Source of the DNA: an uncultured Gemmatimonadales bacterium
GTDB taxonomy: Bacteria > Gemmatimonadota > Gemmatimonadetes > Gemmatimonadales > GWC2-71-9
DNA length: 64,000 bases
NCBI GenBank assembly: GCA_963825055.1
Contig: CAWGSK010000002.1
Location: 32,001 to 96,000, forward strand
Direction of reading: 5' to 3'
Shown: positions 32,618 through 42,392 of the stretch, piece after piece
How the letters are laid out: each line of letters opens with the position of its first letter
Numbering within the stretch: position 1 is the stretch's first letter
Position numbers and translations under genes: made by a program
Notes under the pieces: generated by a model
The model's input: the letters and a program-made list of their open reading frames with translations, nothing else
Databases searched by the model: none
What the model was told of the DNA's origin: nothing

Positions 32618-34150
32618 ATGCGACGCCTGTTCCTGGCCGGCATCCTCGCCGCCGCCCTCCCCGCCGCCGCCCCGACTGCCCACGCCCAGATGGCCGTGGA
32701 TACGTCCGGCATCGGCGCCATCCGTGACCAGGCCATGAACCACTCCGAGGTCATGCAGAATCTTCAGCACCTGGCCGACGTCATCGGCCCGCGGCTGTCG
32801 AGCTCCCCCGCCATGCGTCGCGCCAACGAATGGACCGCCGGGCGGTTCCGGAACTATGGCCTCGAGGCCCAGCTCGAGCCCTACACCTTCGGCGTCTCGT
32901 GGAGCCGGGGGCCGGTTCAGGCGGCGCTCGTGGAACCATTCGCCCGCCAGGTGACCGCCCACAGCTGGGCGTGGACCGCGGGCACTGGAGGAGCCACCCG
33001 CACTGGTCCGGTGGTCAAGGTCGAGGTGCGGTCCCGGGAGGACTTCGACGCCAACCGGGCCCGGCTCAAGGGCGCCTGGCTCATGACCGGTGACGCGGCC
33101 CCGATCTGGAATCCCGACGGTCCGGCCATGTCCGCGGAGGACTCGGCCGCCCGGCGCGAGATGATGCGGGCCCGGTTCCGCGCGCCGCGCGACACGTCCC
33201 GGGCTGCGCGGGAAGCCGCCCGCCAGTTCTCGGTGGACCTTCCGTACCTGCTGAAGCAGGCCGGAGCCCTGGGGCAGCTCCGTGACGGCTCCAAGGAGTT
33301 CGGTCTCATGACCATGAGCGGAAGCCCCAACCGGGTCTCGCCGCTGCCGCTACTCGTCCTGGCCCATGAGGACTATGCCATGCTGGACCGGCTGGTCGAG
33401 ATGGGGCAGATCCCGCGTTTCTCCGCCAGCATCACGAACACCCTTGGCACACGGCCGGAAACCCAGTGGAACACCGTGGCCGAGATTCGCGGCAGCGAGA
33501 AGCCGGATGAAGTCGTCATCCTGGGTGCGCACCTCGACAGCTGGGACCTGGGCACCGGTACCACGGACAACGGCACGGGCTCGATGGTGGTGCTGGAGGC
33601 CGCCCGCGCGATCGCACAGTCCGGCATGACTCCGAAGCGCACCATTCGGTTCATCCTGTTCAGCGGCGAGGAGCAGGGGCTGCTCGGCTCGCGCGCCTAC
33701 GCGGCCGCGCACGCCGGTGAAGCGGACCGGATCCAGGCCGTGATGGTGCTGGATAACGGGACGGGGCGGATCGTGGGGCAGGCACTGCAGGGCAGGGAAG
33801 AATTCGATGGCCTGTGGAAGGAACTGCTCGCCCCCGTGGCCGACCTCGGGGCCGACCGGGTCCGCAACGCGAACAAGGGCGGCACCGACCACCTCTCGTT
33901 CCTGCCGTACGGGGTGCCGGGCTTCAACTTCGACCAGGAATCCCGGGGGTACGGGCATACCCACCACAGCCAGGTGGACACTTATGACCACGCCGTTTCG
34001 GGTGACCTGATCCAGGCGTCCGCCGTCATGGCGGTCACCGCCTTCGAACTGGCCAACCTGCCGCGACTGCTGGAGCGTGGCCCGAAGGAGGACGTTACCC
34101 CGCCGAGCCCGGCCCAGCCTTCGGCGGGGCTGGCGAAAGGCGGCGAGTAG
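32618..34150 (+). CDS. Secreted M28 family peptidase (carboxypeptidase Q-like)
   Basis: Signal peptide; GAHLDSWD, TDNGTG, GEEQGL, TDH, HHSQVD. Confidence 0.9.
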   Translation: MRRLFLAGILAAALPAAAPTAHAQMAVDTSGIGAIRDQAMNHSEVMQNLQHLADVIGPRLSSSPAMRRANEWTAGRFRNYGLEAQLEPYTFGVSWSRGPVQAALVEPFARQVTAHSWAWTAGTGGATRTGPVVKVEVRSREDFDANRARLKGAWLMTGDAAPIWNPDGPAMSAEDSAARREMMRARFRAPRDTSRAAREAARQFSVDLPYLLKQAGALGQLRDGSKEFGLMTMSGSPNRVSPLPLLVLAHEDYAMLDRLVEMGQIPRFSASITNTLGTRPETQWNTVAEIRGSEKPDEVVILGAHLDSWDLGTGTTDNGTGSMVVLEAARAIAQSGMTPKRTIRFILFSGEEQGLLGSRAYAAAHAGEADRIQAVMVLDNGTGRIVGQALQGREEFDGLWKELLAPVADLGADRVRNANKGGTDHLSFLPYGVPGFNFDQESRGYGHTHHSQVDTYDHAVSGDLIQASAVMAVTAFELANLPRLLERGPKEDVTPPSPAQPSAGLAKGGE

Positions 34151-34257
34151 TCAGTAGCAGGTAGCGGGTAGCGAAGAGTGAGTAGTGATTAGTGAGTAGT
34201 GTCTCAGTGCAGGGATCATCCCGTAATGCACTAATCACTCACTAATCACTAATCACT
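34147..34257. repeat. Inverted pair of 7-mer arrays flanking a central hairpin between convergent genes
   Basis: Left AGTGAGTAGTGATTAGTGAGTAGTG (34177-34201); right CACTAATCACT-CACTAATCACTAATCACT (34229-34257). Confidence 0.75.
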
Positions 34258-34646
34258 GTCTGTTCCGGCAACCTCACCGTACACGTCGTCAGGAACCCGC
34301 CCCGCACGTTGTACACCGTCGTCACGGAGAGCGAGGCCGGCTCGAGGACGCGGAAAAGGTCTTCCGCGATCCGGGCGGTGGCGTGTTCCTGGAAGATGCC
34401 AACGCTCCGGTAGCTCGTGACGTAATACTTGAGGCTCTTGAGCTCGATGCACTTCGCACGCGGGACGTAGGTAATGCGAAGCGTCGCGTAGTCGGGCAGG
34501 CCGCTGTAGGGGCAGACGGCGCTGAACTCGGGCGTCTCCGTCACGATTTCCTGGGCGGGCCCCTCGTATCCGAACGTCTCCAGCACCCCGACGTCGATGG
34601 TCTCCGGTCCGGTGAACGGGATCGTGCGTCCCTCGGCGATAGCCAT
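34242..34646 (-). CDS. queF: preQ1 synthase (type I QueF)
   Basis: EFSAVCPYSGLPDYA, ELKSLKYY, FQE, RGG. Confidence 0.95.
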   Translation of the reverse strand: MAIAEGRTIPFTGPETIDVGVLETFGYEGPAQEIVTETPEFSAVCPYSGLPDYATLRITYVPRAKCIELKSLKYYVTSYRSVGIFQEHATARIAEDLFRVLEPASLSVTTVYNVRGGFLTTCTVRLPEQTVISD

Positions 34647-34648
34647 GG

Positions 34649-36538
34649 TCAGGATTCCCGCACGATGCCGTCTTCCAGCCACGTCATCCGGTCGTTGATG
34701 ATGTCCATGGCGACGCCGTAGGTCTGCACATCGTCATTGTGCCAGATCTGGTGGAAGCGGTCGGCCACGCGCCGCCGCGACTGGTTGCTGAAGAGGTCGG
34801 CCAGCGCGATGGCGTCGTGCCGCTTCCCGTCACGCTGCGCGATCTGGTGTGCCCGCGTGCATGCCGCCGAGATGGCCAGCAGCTCGGCACCAATCTCGAC
34901 CATCCGGCCGAGGACGGCCTGACGCTTTTCCAGCTTCGGCCCGAACCGGATCATGGCGTGGAAGAGCGTGCGGGCGAGGTGCCGGCTCGCCCGGTGCACG
35001 AAGCGCAGGTGCGTCGCGAGCGGGCCGTACTTGCCGTAGCGGGGCCACCAGCCCCAGCCGAGCCACTGCTTCGGATACCACCAGGCATAGAAACCGGCCG
35101 CACGGAAGAAGGCGGGGATCTTGGCGGAGAGCGGTGTCTTCGGGTCGATCAGCGCCCCGGCCACCTTCAGGTGGGTGTCCACCGCCTCGCGGGCAATGAA
35201 CAGGCGCATGATCTCGCTCGAGCCCTCGAAGATCAGGTTGATCCGGAAGTCCCGCATCATTCGCTCCACCGGATCCGGGCGTTCACCGCGGCTGGCGAGG
35301 CTCTGTTCGGTTTCATACCCGCGGCCACCCTTGATCTGCAGGGTGTCGTCCACGATCCGCCAGCCGGTCTCCGTATTCCACATCTTTGCCATCGCCGCTT
35401 CGAGGCGGATGTCGTACCCGCCACGATCGGCCATGCCGCTGGCCAGGTCGCTCACCGCCTCCATGGCGAAGGTGTCGGCGGCCATACGGCCGATCTTCTG
35501 GGCGATGGCGTCGTGCTTGCCGATCGGCTGTCCCCACTGGACCCGGGTTGCCGCCCAGGGTCGCACGATCTCCAGGCACTTCTTGCCCGCGGCCACGCAC
35601 GAGGCGGGCAGCGTGAGCCGACCGGTGTTGAGAGTGATCAGCGCGAGCTTGAGGCCCTTACCCTCCCCCCAGAGCAGGTTCTCCTTCGGCACCTTCACGT
35701 TCTTGAACTTGATGACGCCGTTTTCCAGCGCCCTGAGGCCCATGAAGTGGAGCCGGTGCGACGTGTCCACGCCTTCCCAGTCGGTTTCCACGATGAACGC
35801 CGAGATGCTCCTCGGGCCGGTCCGGGCCATCACGACCATCAGCTCCGCGATGGTGCCATTGGTGCACCAGAGTTTCTCGCCGTTCAGGACGTAGTGTGTA
35901 CCATCCTCGGACAGCGTTGCCGTGGTGCTGAGCCCGGCGGGATCCGAACCGACGTCGTCCTCCGTGAGGGCGAATGCGGAGACCGCCCCCCTCGCCAGGC
36001 GCGGGAGGTACTTCTTCTTCTGCTCCGGTGTGCCGAAGAGCTTGAGCGGGGTTGGCACGCCGATCGACTGCGCCGCGGAGAGCAGCGCGGTCAGGTTGCC
36101 GTCGAGACTGGTGACCAGGCCGATGGCGTGCGTGTAGCTCGTCTGGGAGAGCCCGAGGCCGCCGTATTCCTCGGCGATCTTGATGCCGAAGGCCCCGATT
36201 TCCCGGAGTCCCTGGATCACCTCGCCGGGGATCTTCCCCTCGAGGTCGATCTTCCCGCTGTCCACCCGCTCGCGCATGAATTTCTCAAGCCGCTCCATGA
36301 ACGGACGGGCCCGCTCCAGCTCCGCGGGGTCGACCTCGGGAAAGGGGTCGAGCAGGTCGAGTCGCAGGTTACCCTCGAACAGCTGCCGCACGAAACTGGG
36401 AGCCTTCCATTCCTTCTCACGCGCCGCCTCGGCCACCTCACGGGCCTCGGCTTCGCTGGCCAGCATCTCGGAGGGCTTCCGGGCGGCGGGCGCGCGCTGG
36501 GGGTTCATCACGTCAGTCATCTGATCCGATCCGGTCAT
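34649..36538 (-). CDS. Acyl-CoA dehydrogenase (long, VLCAD/ACAD9-like)
   Basis: [35 protein letters not shown]; start may be 36520. Confidence 0.92.
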   Translation of the reverse strand: MTGSDQMTDVMNPQRAPAARKPSEMLASEAEAREVAEAAREKEWKAPSFVRQLFEGNLRLDLLDPFPEVDPAELERARPFMERLEKFMRERVDSGKIDLEGKIPGEVIQGLREIGAFGIKIAEEYGGLGLSQTSYTHAIGLVTSLDGNLTALLSAAQSIGVPTPLKLFGTPEQKKKYLPRLARGAVSAFALTEDDVGSDPAGLSTTATLSEDGTHYVLNGEKLWCTNGTIAELMVVMARTGPRSISAFIVETDWEGVDTSHRLHFMGLRALENGVIKFKNVKVPKENLLWGEGKGLKLALITLNTGRLTLPASCVAAGKKCLEIVRPWAATRVQWGQPIGKHDAIAQKIGRMAADTFAMEAVSDLASGMADRGGYDIRLEAAMAKMWNTETGWRIVDDTLQIKGGRGYETEQSLASRGERPDPVERMMRDFRINLIFEGSSEIMRLFIAREAVDTHLKVAGALIDPKTPLSAKIPAFFRAAGFYAWWYPKQWLGWGWWPRYGKYGPLATHLRFVHRASRHLARTLFHAMIRFGPKLEKRQAVLGRMVEIGAELLAISAACTRAHQIAQRDGKRHDAIALADLFSNQSRRRVADRFHQIWHNDDVQTYGVAMDIINDRMTWLEDGIVRES

Positions 36539-36735
36539 GAGAAGCGGGGCCTCCGGCTGCACAACCCCACACTAATTATGAAGGCCACCCCGCCCGGGGG
36601 AAACACACCCTGATCGGCAGGCGAGGTCAGGGCACTGCCCTTCTCAGGCTGAACAACATGAAACCGAACGACTTACAGCCCTGGGGGCGGGCATCCGGGC
36701 GATCCCCAGCCTGACTCATTCGACGCTATATTGTT

Positions 36736-36751
36736 GAGACCGTTCGGTCTC
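36736..36751. promoter_or_regulatory. Putative TetR operator palindrome
   Basis: GAGACCG-TT-CGGTCTC just downstream of TATATT (36727-36732) and upstream of the tetR RBS. Confidence 0.75.
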
Positions 36752-36767
36752 TTTCTCTGGAGGGCAG

Positions 36768-37391
36768 ATGGGCAAGGGCGACCGCACCCGTACCACCATC
36801 ATCCGGCAATCGGCCGCCCTGTTCAACCAGCAGGGTGTCGCGGGCACTTCCCTCGCGGACATCATGGAAGTGACCGGGCTCCAGAAGGGTGGAATCTACC
36901 GGCATTTCACCGGGAAGGATGAGCTCGCCCTTGCTGCCTTCGACCACGCCGCGCAGGCCTTCGAGGAGCGCTTCGCCACCGCGCTGGTCGGCGTGCCGGA
37001 TGCGGCCGGACGGCTGCGGGCGCTGCTCGGGGTCTATCGTGAACACATCGTGCGCCCTCCGCTGCCCGGCGGCTGCCCGGTCATGAACACCGCCATGGAG
37101 AGTGATGACACCAACCCGCTGCTCCGCGACCGTGCTGCCGCGGTCATGGACACGTGGCGCCGGGTGGTCGAGTTGATCCTGGTCGAGGGCATTCGCGCGC
37201 ATGAGCTCCGCAAGAATGTGGACGCGCCCGGCACGGCGAGCCTCTTCGTCGCGTCGCTGGAGGGGGCGGTGATGCTCACCCGGCTGCACGGGGATCCGGT
37301 GCACATGCGTCGGGCGGTGGAGTTCTGGGAGGGGGAGATCGAAGAGATGAGGGGAAGAGGGAAAAGGGAAAAGGCAAAAGGGAATCGTTAG
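36768..37391 (+). CDS. TetR/AcrR family regulator (NemR/LmrA/YxaF-like)
   Basis: HTH TSLADIMEVTGLQKGGIYRHF..KDEL; GGCPVMN. Confidence 0.93.
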   Translation: MGKGDRTRTTIIRQSAALFNQQGVAGTSLADIMEVTGLQKGGIYRHFTGKDELALAAFDHAAQAFEERFATALVGVPDAAGRLRALLGVYREHIVRPPLPGGCPVMNTAMESDDTNPLLRDRAAAVMDTWRRVVELILVEGIRAHELRKNVDAPGTASLFVASLEGAVMLTRLHGDPVHMRRAVEFWEGEIEEMRGRGKREKAKGNR

Positions 37392-37477
37392 TCGTTGGTC
37401 GAGATGTCGCTCCTTCGGTCTGCCCGTCCGCCTGTCCGCCCGTTGACAACGCTCCCCGGTGATGGAGCATTGAAGGC

Positions 37478-39105
37478 ATGATACCCGCCACCTGTACGTC
37501 CTGCGGCGCGAGTATACCGCCAGATGCATCCTTCTGTCCCCACTGTGCCCACCCCACCGCGCCGTTCCCCCGGGATGACGGGAGGACTGGCCGGGAAGCT
37601 CCAGGAGGCTCTCGGCGCAGGCTATGAGGTGCGGGGACTCGTCGGGCAGGGTGGTTTTGCCCAGGTATTCGAAGTCTGGGATCGCGATCTTCAGCGCCGC
37701 CTCGCGGTGAAGGTACTGCGGCCGGACATCGCGTGGACCGAGTCAATGCTCGACCGGTTCCGCGAAGAGGCACGGGCGCTGGCGCGCCTGGCACATCCCA
37801 ACATCCTGCCGATCCACTTCGTCGGGAGCGGCAGCGGCCTTACATGGTACGCCATGCCGTTCATCGAGGGGCAGACCCTGGGGGAACTGCTGCGCGTCCA
37901 GGGCGCCCTGCCGGTCGATCGTGCGGTCGCCATCCTGCGGCCGGCGCTGGATGCGCTGGAATATGCCCACCGCCAGGGCCTGGTGCACCGCGACATCAAG
38001 CCGGACAACATCCAGCTGGAGCAGGGCACGGGGCGAATCCTGCTGCTGGACTTCGGCATCGCGAAGCAGCTCGACCGCGACGGCGGACTTACCCAGGCCG
38101 GCGTGACCATCGGCAGCCCGCTCTACATGAGCCCGGAACAGGCGCTGGGCCGCGGGGACATCGATCATCGCTCCGACATCTATGCCGTGGGCGCGCTGCT
38201 CTACCACATGGTGACGGGCGTGCCGCCGTTCGAGGGAAGTACCTCGCAGGAGATTGTGGGCAAGCACATTGCCGAGCCGGCACCCCGGCCGAGCACCATG
38301 AACGCGCAGATTCCGGCCTGGCTCAGCCAGGTCATCCTGCGCTGTCTTGAGAAGAACCCCGACGACCGGTATCAGTCGATCGGCATGCTGCGGGACGCGC
38401 TTTCGCAGGGGCGCTCCAGCGGAACCCAGGACCCGGTCAGCACGGAAGTCATTGCGCGACGGCTGGAAGCCGATGCCCCGACCGTCGCGCTGGAGGCGGC
38501 CCCGGCAGCACGCGGACGTTCCCGTGCGGGCTGGATGGTCACCGCGCTGGTGGTCGCGGTGCTGGCGGTCGCGCTCTTCCAGTGGACCCGCCCGCGCCTC
38601 GTGCTGGTGAACCGGATGGTGGAACCGGTCACGGTCAGGGTGAATGGCCGGGAGGCGCGGCTGACTGCCGGCGGGCGGAGCCGGTTCGTGCTCCGCCGCG
38701 GACGGCCCGCCGTCGTGGAGTGGTCCCTGGTGCGCCGCCGGCTCGCGAACGGGGACCCGGTGGGTGCGGCCGTCGAGGGGGAGATCACGCTGGATCATCC
38801 GCCGCGACGGCAGGTGCTCGACCTGATTCCGCGTGAGGGAGATGCAGGCCTGGTTCGCCCCGCTCATCACCAACGCGACCCCCGGTCCGCTCCGGATCAC
38901 GGTCAACTCCGGAACGGCCGCCGAACAGGACTGCGGCTGCCAGGTTGCGCCAGGGGCAGCCCGCCAGCCGATCGGGTACTACCCGCTCTTCAGTAACAGC
39001 AGCGTCGAGGCGCGCGACCGGGAGGGCCGGACGGCGCGGTTCACGGGGCTGGGACCAAGGGTCACCGACCAGGGCGGAGCAGTGGGACTCCGTTTCACGG
39101 AGTAG
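37478..39105 (+). pseudogene. Zn-ribbon, Ser/Thr kinase, TM and extracellular domain; split by two +1 frameshifts (pseudogene or assembly error)
   Basis: Frame A MIPATCTSCGASIPPDASFCPHCA; frame B intact kinase (GQGGFA, AVK, HRDIKPDN, DFG) plus TM; frame C WFAPLITN...GLRFTE*. Confidence 0.75.
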
Positions 39106-39167
39106 GATTTCCAGCGGTAACACGGTGGGCGGTGCGACGTGCCCGGGAGGTCTCGTCCCCCGGCTTC

Positions 39168-40355
39168 CTATTCCGCGCGTTTTTTCTCGATCAGTTCCCC
39201 CTTCTTCAGCGCATCGAAGCCGTACTTCTCGCGCACACGGTCGAGCGCGCGCGTAAGGTCGCGGCTCCTGGTGCGCTCGGGCGGCTCGAACAGGTCCGGG
39301 GGCGCGGCTTCCAGCAGGTTGGTCGCGGCGATGCCGAGGAGGCGCACGCCCTGGCCGCGGGCGCGGGCCTCCTCGAACGCGGGAGTGAACAATGCCCGTG
39401 CCGTCCGGAGGATCTCGTCGTCGAGATCGGTCGGCTCGTCCAGGGTGCGGCTCCTGGTCACGGTCCGGAAGTCTCCGTGGCGGAGCTTGAGCGTGACGGT
39501 CCGCGCCACCAGGCCGCTGTCGCGGAGTTCGGCTCCGATGCGGGCGGCAAAGAGGGTAAGCAGTCGCTCCAGCCGGGCCGGATCTTCGGAGTCGACGGCC
39601 AGGGTCGTCTCCCGGCTGATCGACCTGGCAGCCCGGCCGGCACGCAGGCTGGTGCCCCCGTGCCCGTGCGCCCGATGCTTGAGCCGGGACGCCTCGCGCC
39701 CGACCAGACGCTCCAGTTCCCCCACCGATTTCTGCTGCACCTCCCACACGGTCTTGAGACCCACCAGCGCCAGCCGCTCCGCGGTGCGGGGGCCGATGCC
39801 GGGCAGCGCCTGCAGTGGCAGGCCCGCGATGAAGCCCTCCTCCCAGCCGGAGCGCACTTCCAGCAGCCCCCGCGGCTTGGCGGCATCGCTGGCGATCTTG
39901 GCGATCATCCGGTTGGGTCCGATGCCCACGCTGCAGTCGAGGCCCGTCGCGCCGTGCACCGCGTCGCGGATCCGTTCGGCCACGGGCAGGAGCGACACGG
40001 GATAGAGGCGCTCGGTGCCGCTGAAGTCGAGGTACGCCTCGTCCAGCGAGGCCATGGCGACGACGGGGGAGAACTCGCGGAGCACGCTCCGGACCGCGCG
40101 CGAGGCCTCCCGATAATGGCTGAAGGACCCCTGGAAGAACGTGGCCGCCGGGCAGAGCCGCACGGCCTGCTGGACCGGCATCCCGCTCCGCACCCCGAAC
40201 CGGCGCGCTCCGTACGAAGCCGACTGTACCACCCCGCGGCTCTCGCGGCGTCCGCCTACGACGAGCAGGTCGATATCCCGGAGTTCCGGATGTCGCTGCC
40301 GGCAGACCTCCACGAAGAACGCATCGAGGTCGACGTGCATGAGGCGGGGGGGCAT
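39168..40355 (-). CDS. dinB: DNA polymerase IV
   Basis: HVDLDAFF, SASYGAR, SLDEAYLD, AKIASD..KP.G. Confidence 0.95.
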   Translation of the reverse strand: MPPRLMHVDLDAFFVEVCRQRHPELRDIDLLVVGGRRESRGVVQSASYGARRFGVRSGMPVQQAVRLCPAATFFQGSFSHYREASRAVRSVLREFSPVVAMASLDEAYLDFSGTERLYPVSLLPVAERIRDAVHGATGLDCSVGIGPNRMIAKIASDAAKPRGLLEVRSGWEEGFIAGLPLQALPGIGPRTAERLALVGLKTVWEVQQKSVGELERLVGREASRLKHRAHGHGGTSLRAGRAARSISRETTLAVDSEDPARLERLLTLFAARIGAELRDSGLVARTVTLKLRHGDFRTVTRSRTLDEPTDLDDEILRTARALFTPAFEEARARGQGVRLLGIAATNLLEAAPPDLFEPPERTRSRDLTRALDRVREKYGFDALKKGELIEKKRAE

Positions 40356-40360
40356 GTCCT

Positions 40361-40397
40361 AACGGTAAACGGTGAACGGTGAACGGCGAACGGTGAA
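40361..40397. repeat. 7-mer tandem repeat AACGGTG-like x5
   Basis: aacggta aacggtg aacggtg aacggcg aacggtg aa, upstream of dinB. Confidence 0.85.
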
Positions 40398-40414
40398 GGG
40401 CCTCCCCGGTTTTT

Positions 40415-41476
40415 TCATACCAGGTGTACCGCCATCGCCTTGAAGGTGAGGGCGATGTCGTCGCCGGGGGCGAGGGCCATCTCCTCCGCGGAGGCGGTGG
40501 TGATGCTGGCGACGAGCGGCCGGCCCACGTCCACGAAGACCTGGGTGACCGGCCCGGCCCGCTCCAGCCGGACAACCCTGCCCTGGATCCGGTTCCGCGC
40601 CGAACCCTCGTGCGCCCGCCGGCTGACCACGATGTCCTCCGGTCGCAGGATGGCATGGACCGGCCCGCTCCGGTCGGTGACGACATCGAAGGCGAGCGGT
40701 CCGCTCCGGAAGCGCCCGGCAAAACGGCCATCCCCGTCCGACGGCCCCTCCGGCAAGACCTCGCCGGCCAGCACATTCCCGGCGCCCGTGAAACGCGCGA
40801 CGAACGCGGACCCCGGATAGCGGAAAACCTCCTCCGGCCGGCCCTGCTGCACGATGCGACCCTCGGAGAGGATGGCGACATGATCGCCCATCCGGAGCGC
40901 GTCGTCGAAATCATGGGTGACCTGGAGGGTCGTGATCCCCTCCCGCTCATGAAGCTCGCGCAGGTCGCCGCGCAGCCCCCGGCGGGTGGCCGGGTCGACG
41001 GCGGCGAAGGGTTCGTCGAGCAGCAGGATGCGGGGGCGCGGCGCGAGCGCCCGGGCCAGTGCCGTGCGCTGCTGCTCCCCGCCGCTCAGCCCGGCGGGGG
41101 CGCGGTCGAGCAGGGTCGTGATGCCGAGCAGATCGGCCAGCTCCCGGACCCGCTCCTCCCTCGCCCCCGGCGGGAGCCTCCGCCGGAGGCCATACGCGAT
41201 GTTCTCGCGGACCGAGAGGTGGGGGAACAGGTGATAGTGCTGGTACACGAAGCCGATTCCGCGCTGTTCCGGCGCGCGATCGGTAACGTCCTCATCGCGC
41301 AGCTCGACCCGGCCCCGCACGAGCCGGCCATTCCCGGCGATGGCTTCCAGCAGGGTTGTCTTGCCGGACCCGGTCGGGCCCAGGATCATCGCATACCCGC
41401 CCTCGGGGACGGTGAAGCTGATGTCCTCGAGCAGGAAGTCGCCCGCGCGCACGGTCACCCCGTCCAGGCGGATCAC
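40415..41476 (-). CDS. Molybdate/tungstate ABC ATP-binding protein with TOBE domain (ModC/WtpC-like)
   Basis: GPTGSGKT, LSGGEQQR, LLLDEP; SARNRIQG...ASIT..S...L..G TOBE. Confidence 0.88.
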   Translation of the reverse strand: MIRLDGVTVRAGDFLLEDISFTVPEGGYAMILGPTGSGKTTLLEAIAGNGRLVRGRVELRDEDVTDRAPEQRGIGFVYQHYHLFPHLSVRENIAYGLRRRLPPGAREERVRELADLLGITTLLDRAPAGLSGGEQQRTALARALAPRPRILLLDEPFAAVDPATRRGLRGDLRELHEREGITTLQVTHDFDDALRMGDHVAILSEGRIVQQGRPEEVFRYPGSAFVARFTGAGNVLAGEVLPEGPSDGDGRFAGRFRSGPLAFDVVTDRSGPVHAILRPEDIVVSRRAHEGSARNRIQGRVVRLERAGPVTQVFVDVGRPLVASITTASAEEMALAPGDDIALTFKAMAVHLV

Positions 41477-42254
41477 CGGGCGCGGGGGGCTCGAGGAGCC
41501 GGATGAGCCCGAAGACGAGGAGTGCCACGAGGAGCAGGATGATGGCGGCCGGGATGGCGCTCGAGAGTCCGAATGCGGTAAACCGGTCGAAGATCAGGAT
41601 GCTCGCGACCTTCGGATTGTAGGTCAGGATGACGATGGCGCCGAACTCGCTCACGCTCCGGGCCCACGCCAGGATCGCCCCGGCCAGGATCCCCCGCCCG
41701 GCGAGCGGAAGGGTCACCCGGCGGAAGGCCTGCCATCCCGTGTCTCCCAGGGTGCGGGCGACGCGCTCCAGCTTGGGGTCCACCTGGAGAAAGGCCTCGC
41801 GCGCCCCGCTCACCAGCAGCGGGACGGAAACGAACAGCATGCCCGCAATGATTCCCGGGACATGGTTCACCACCTCGAGCCCGAGGTCGGCCAGGGTCCC
41901 GCCAATGGCGGAGCGGCGGCCGAGAAACAGCAGGAGCGCGATGCCGGCCACCGGGTGGGGAATGACGACCGGAAGGTCCACCAGGCCCTGGACGAACCGG
42001 GCGCCGCGAAACCGCGCCCGGGCGAGCATCCAGGCGAGCGGCACGCCCAGGAGCGCGCCAATGAGCGTGGCGATGGTGGCAGTGAAGACGGTCAGGAGTA
42101 TCGACTGCTGGAGTTCGCGGTCGGCGAGAGCGCTGCCGAGGCTGCCCGGCCCGGCCTGCAGCAGCAGGCGGAGCAGGGGGCCGATGATGAACAGGACGAG
42201 AATGGCGCCCAGGATGGTGAGCACGATTCGGGGCACAGAGATGGGGCGCGTCAT
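41473..42254 (-). CDS. Molybdate/tungstate ABC permease (ModB/WtpB-like); reads to 41292 as sequenced, likely true stop at 41473
   Basis: DLPVVIPHPVAG, ERVARTLG, WARSVSEFGA. Confidence 0.85.
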
Positions 42255-42340
42255 GCCGTTATAATCGGACTGATTAGACTGGGAGGGAAGGGGAGGAGCG
42301 GGGAAGGCAACAGGGAACAGGGAAGACGAACAGGCACCCG

Positions 42341-42378
42341 CGACTCAACGACTCAACGACTCAACCACTCAACCACTC
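42341..42378 (+). repeat. Second copy of the AACGACTC/AACCACTC 8-mer array
   Basis: cgactc aacgactc aacgactc aaccactc aaccactc, just upstream of the 42393 gene. Confidence 0.85.
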
Positions 42379-42392
42379 TGGAGTTTTCCCTC

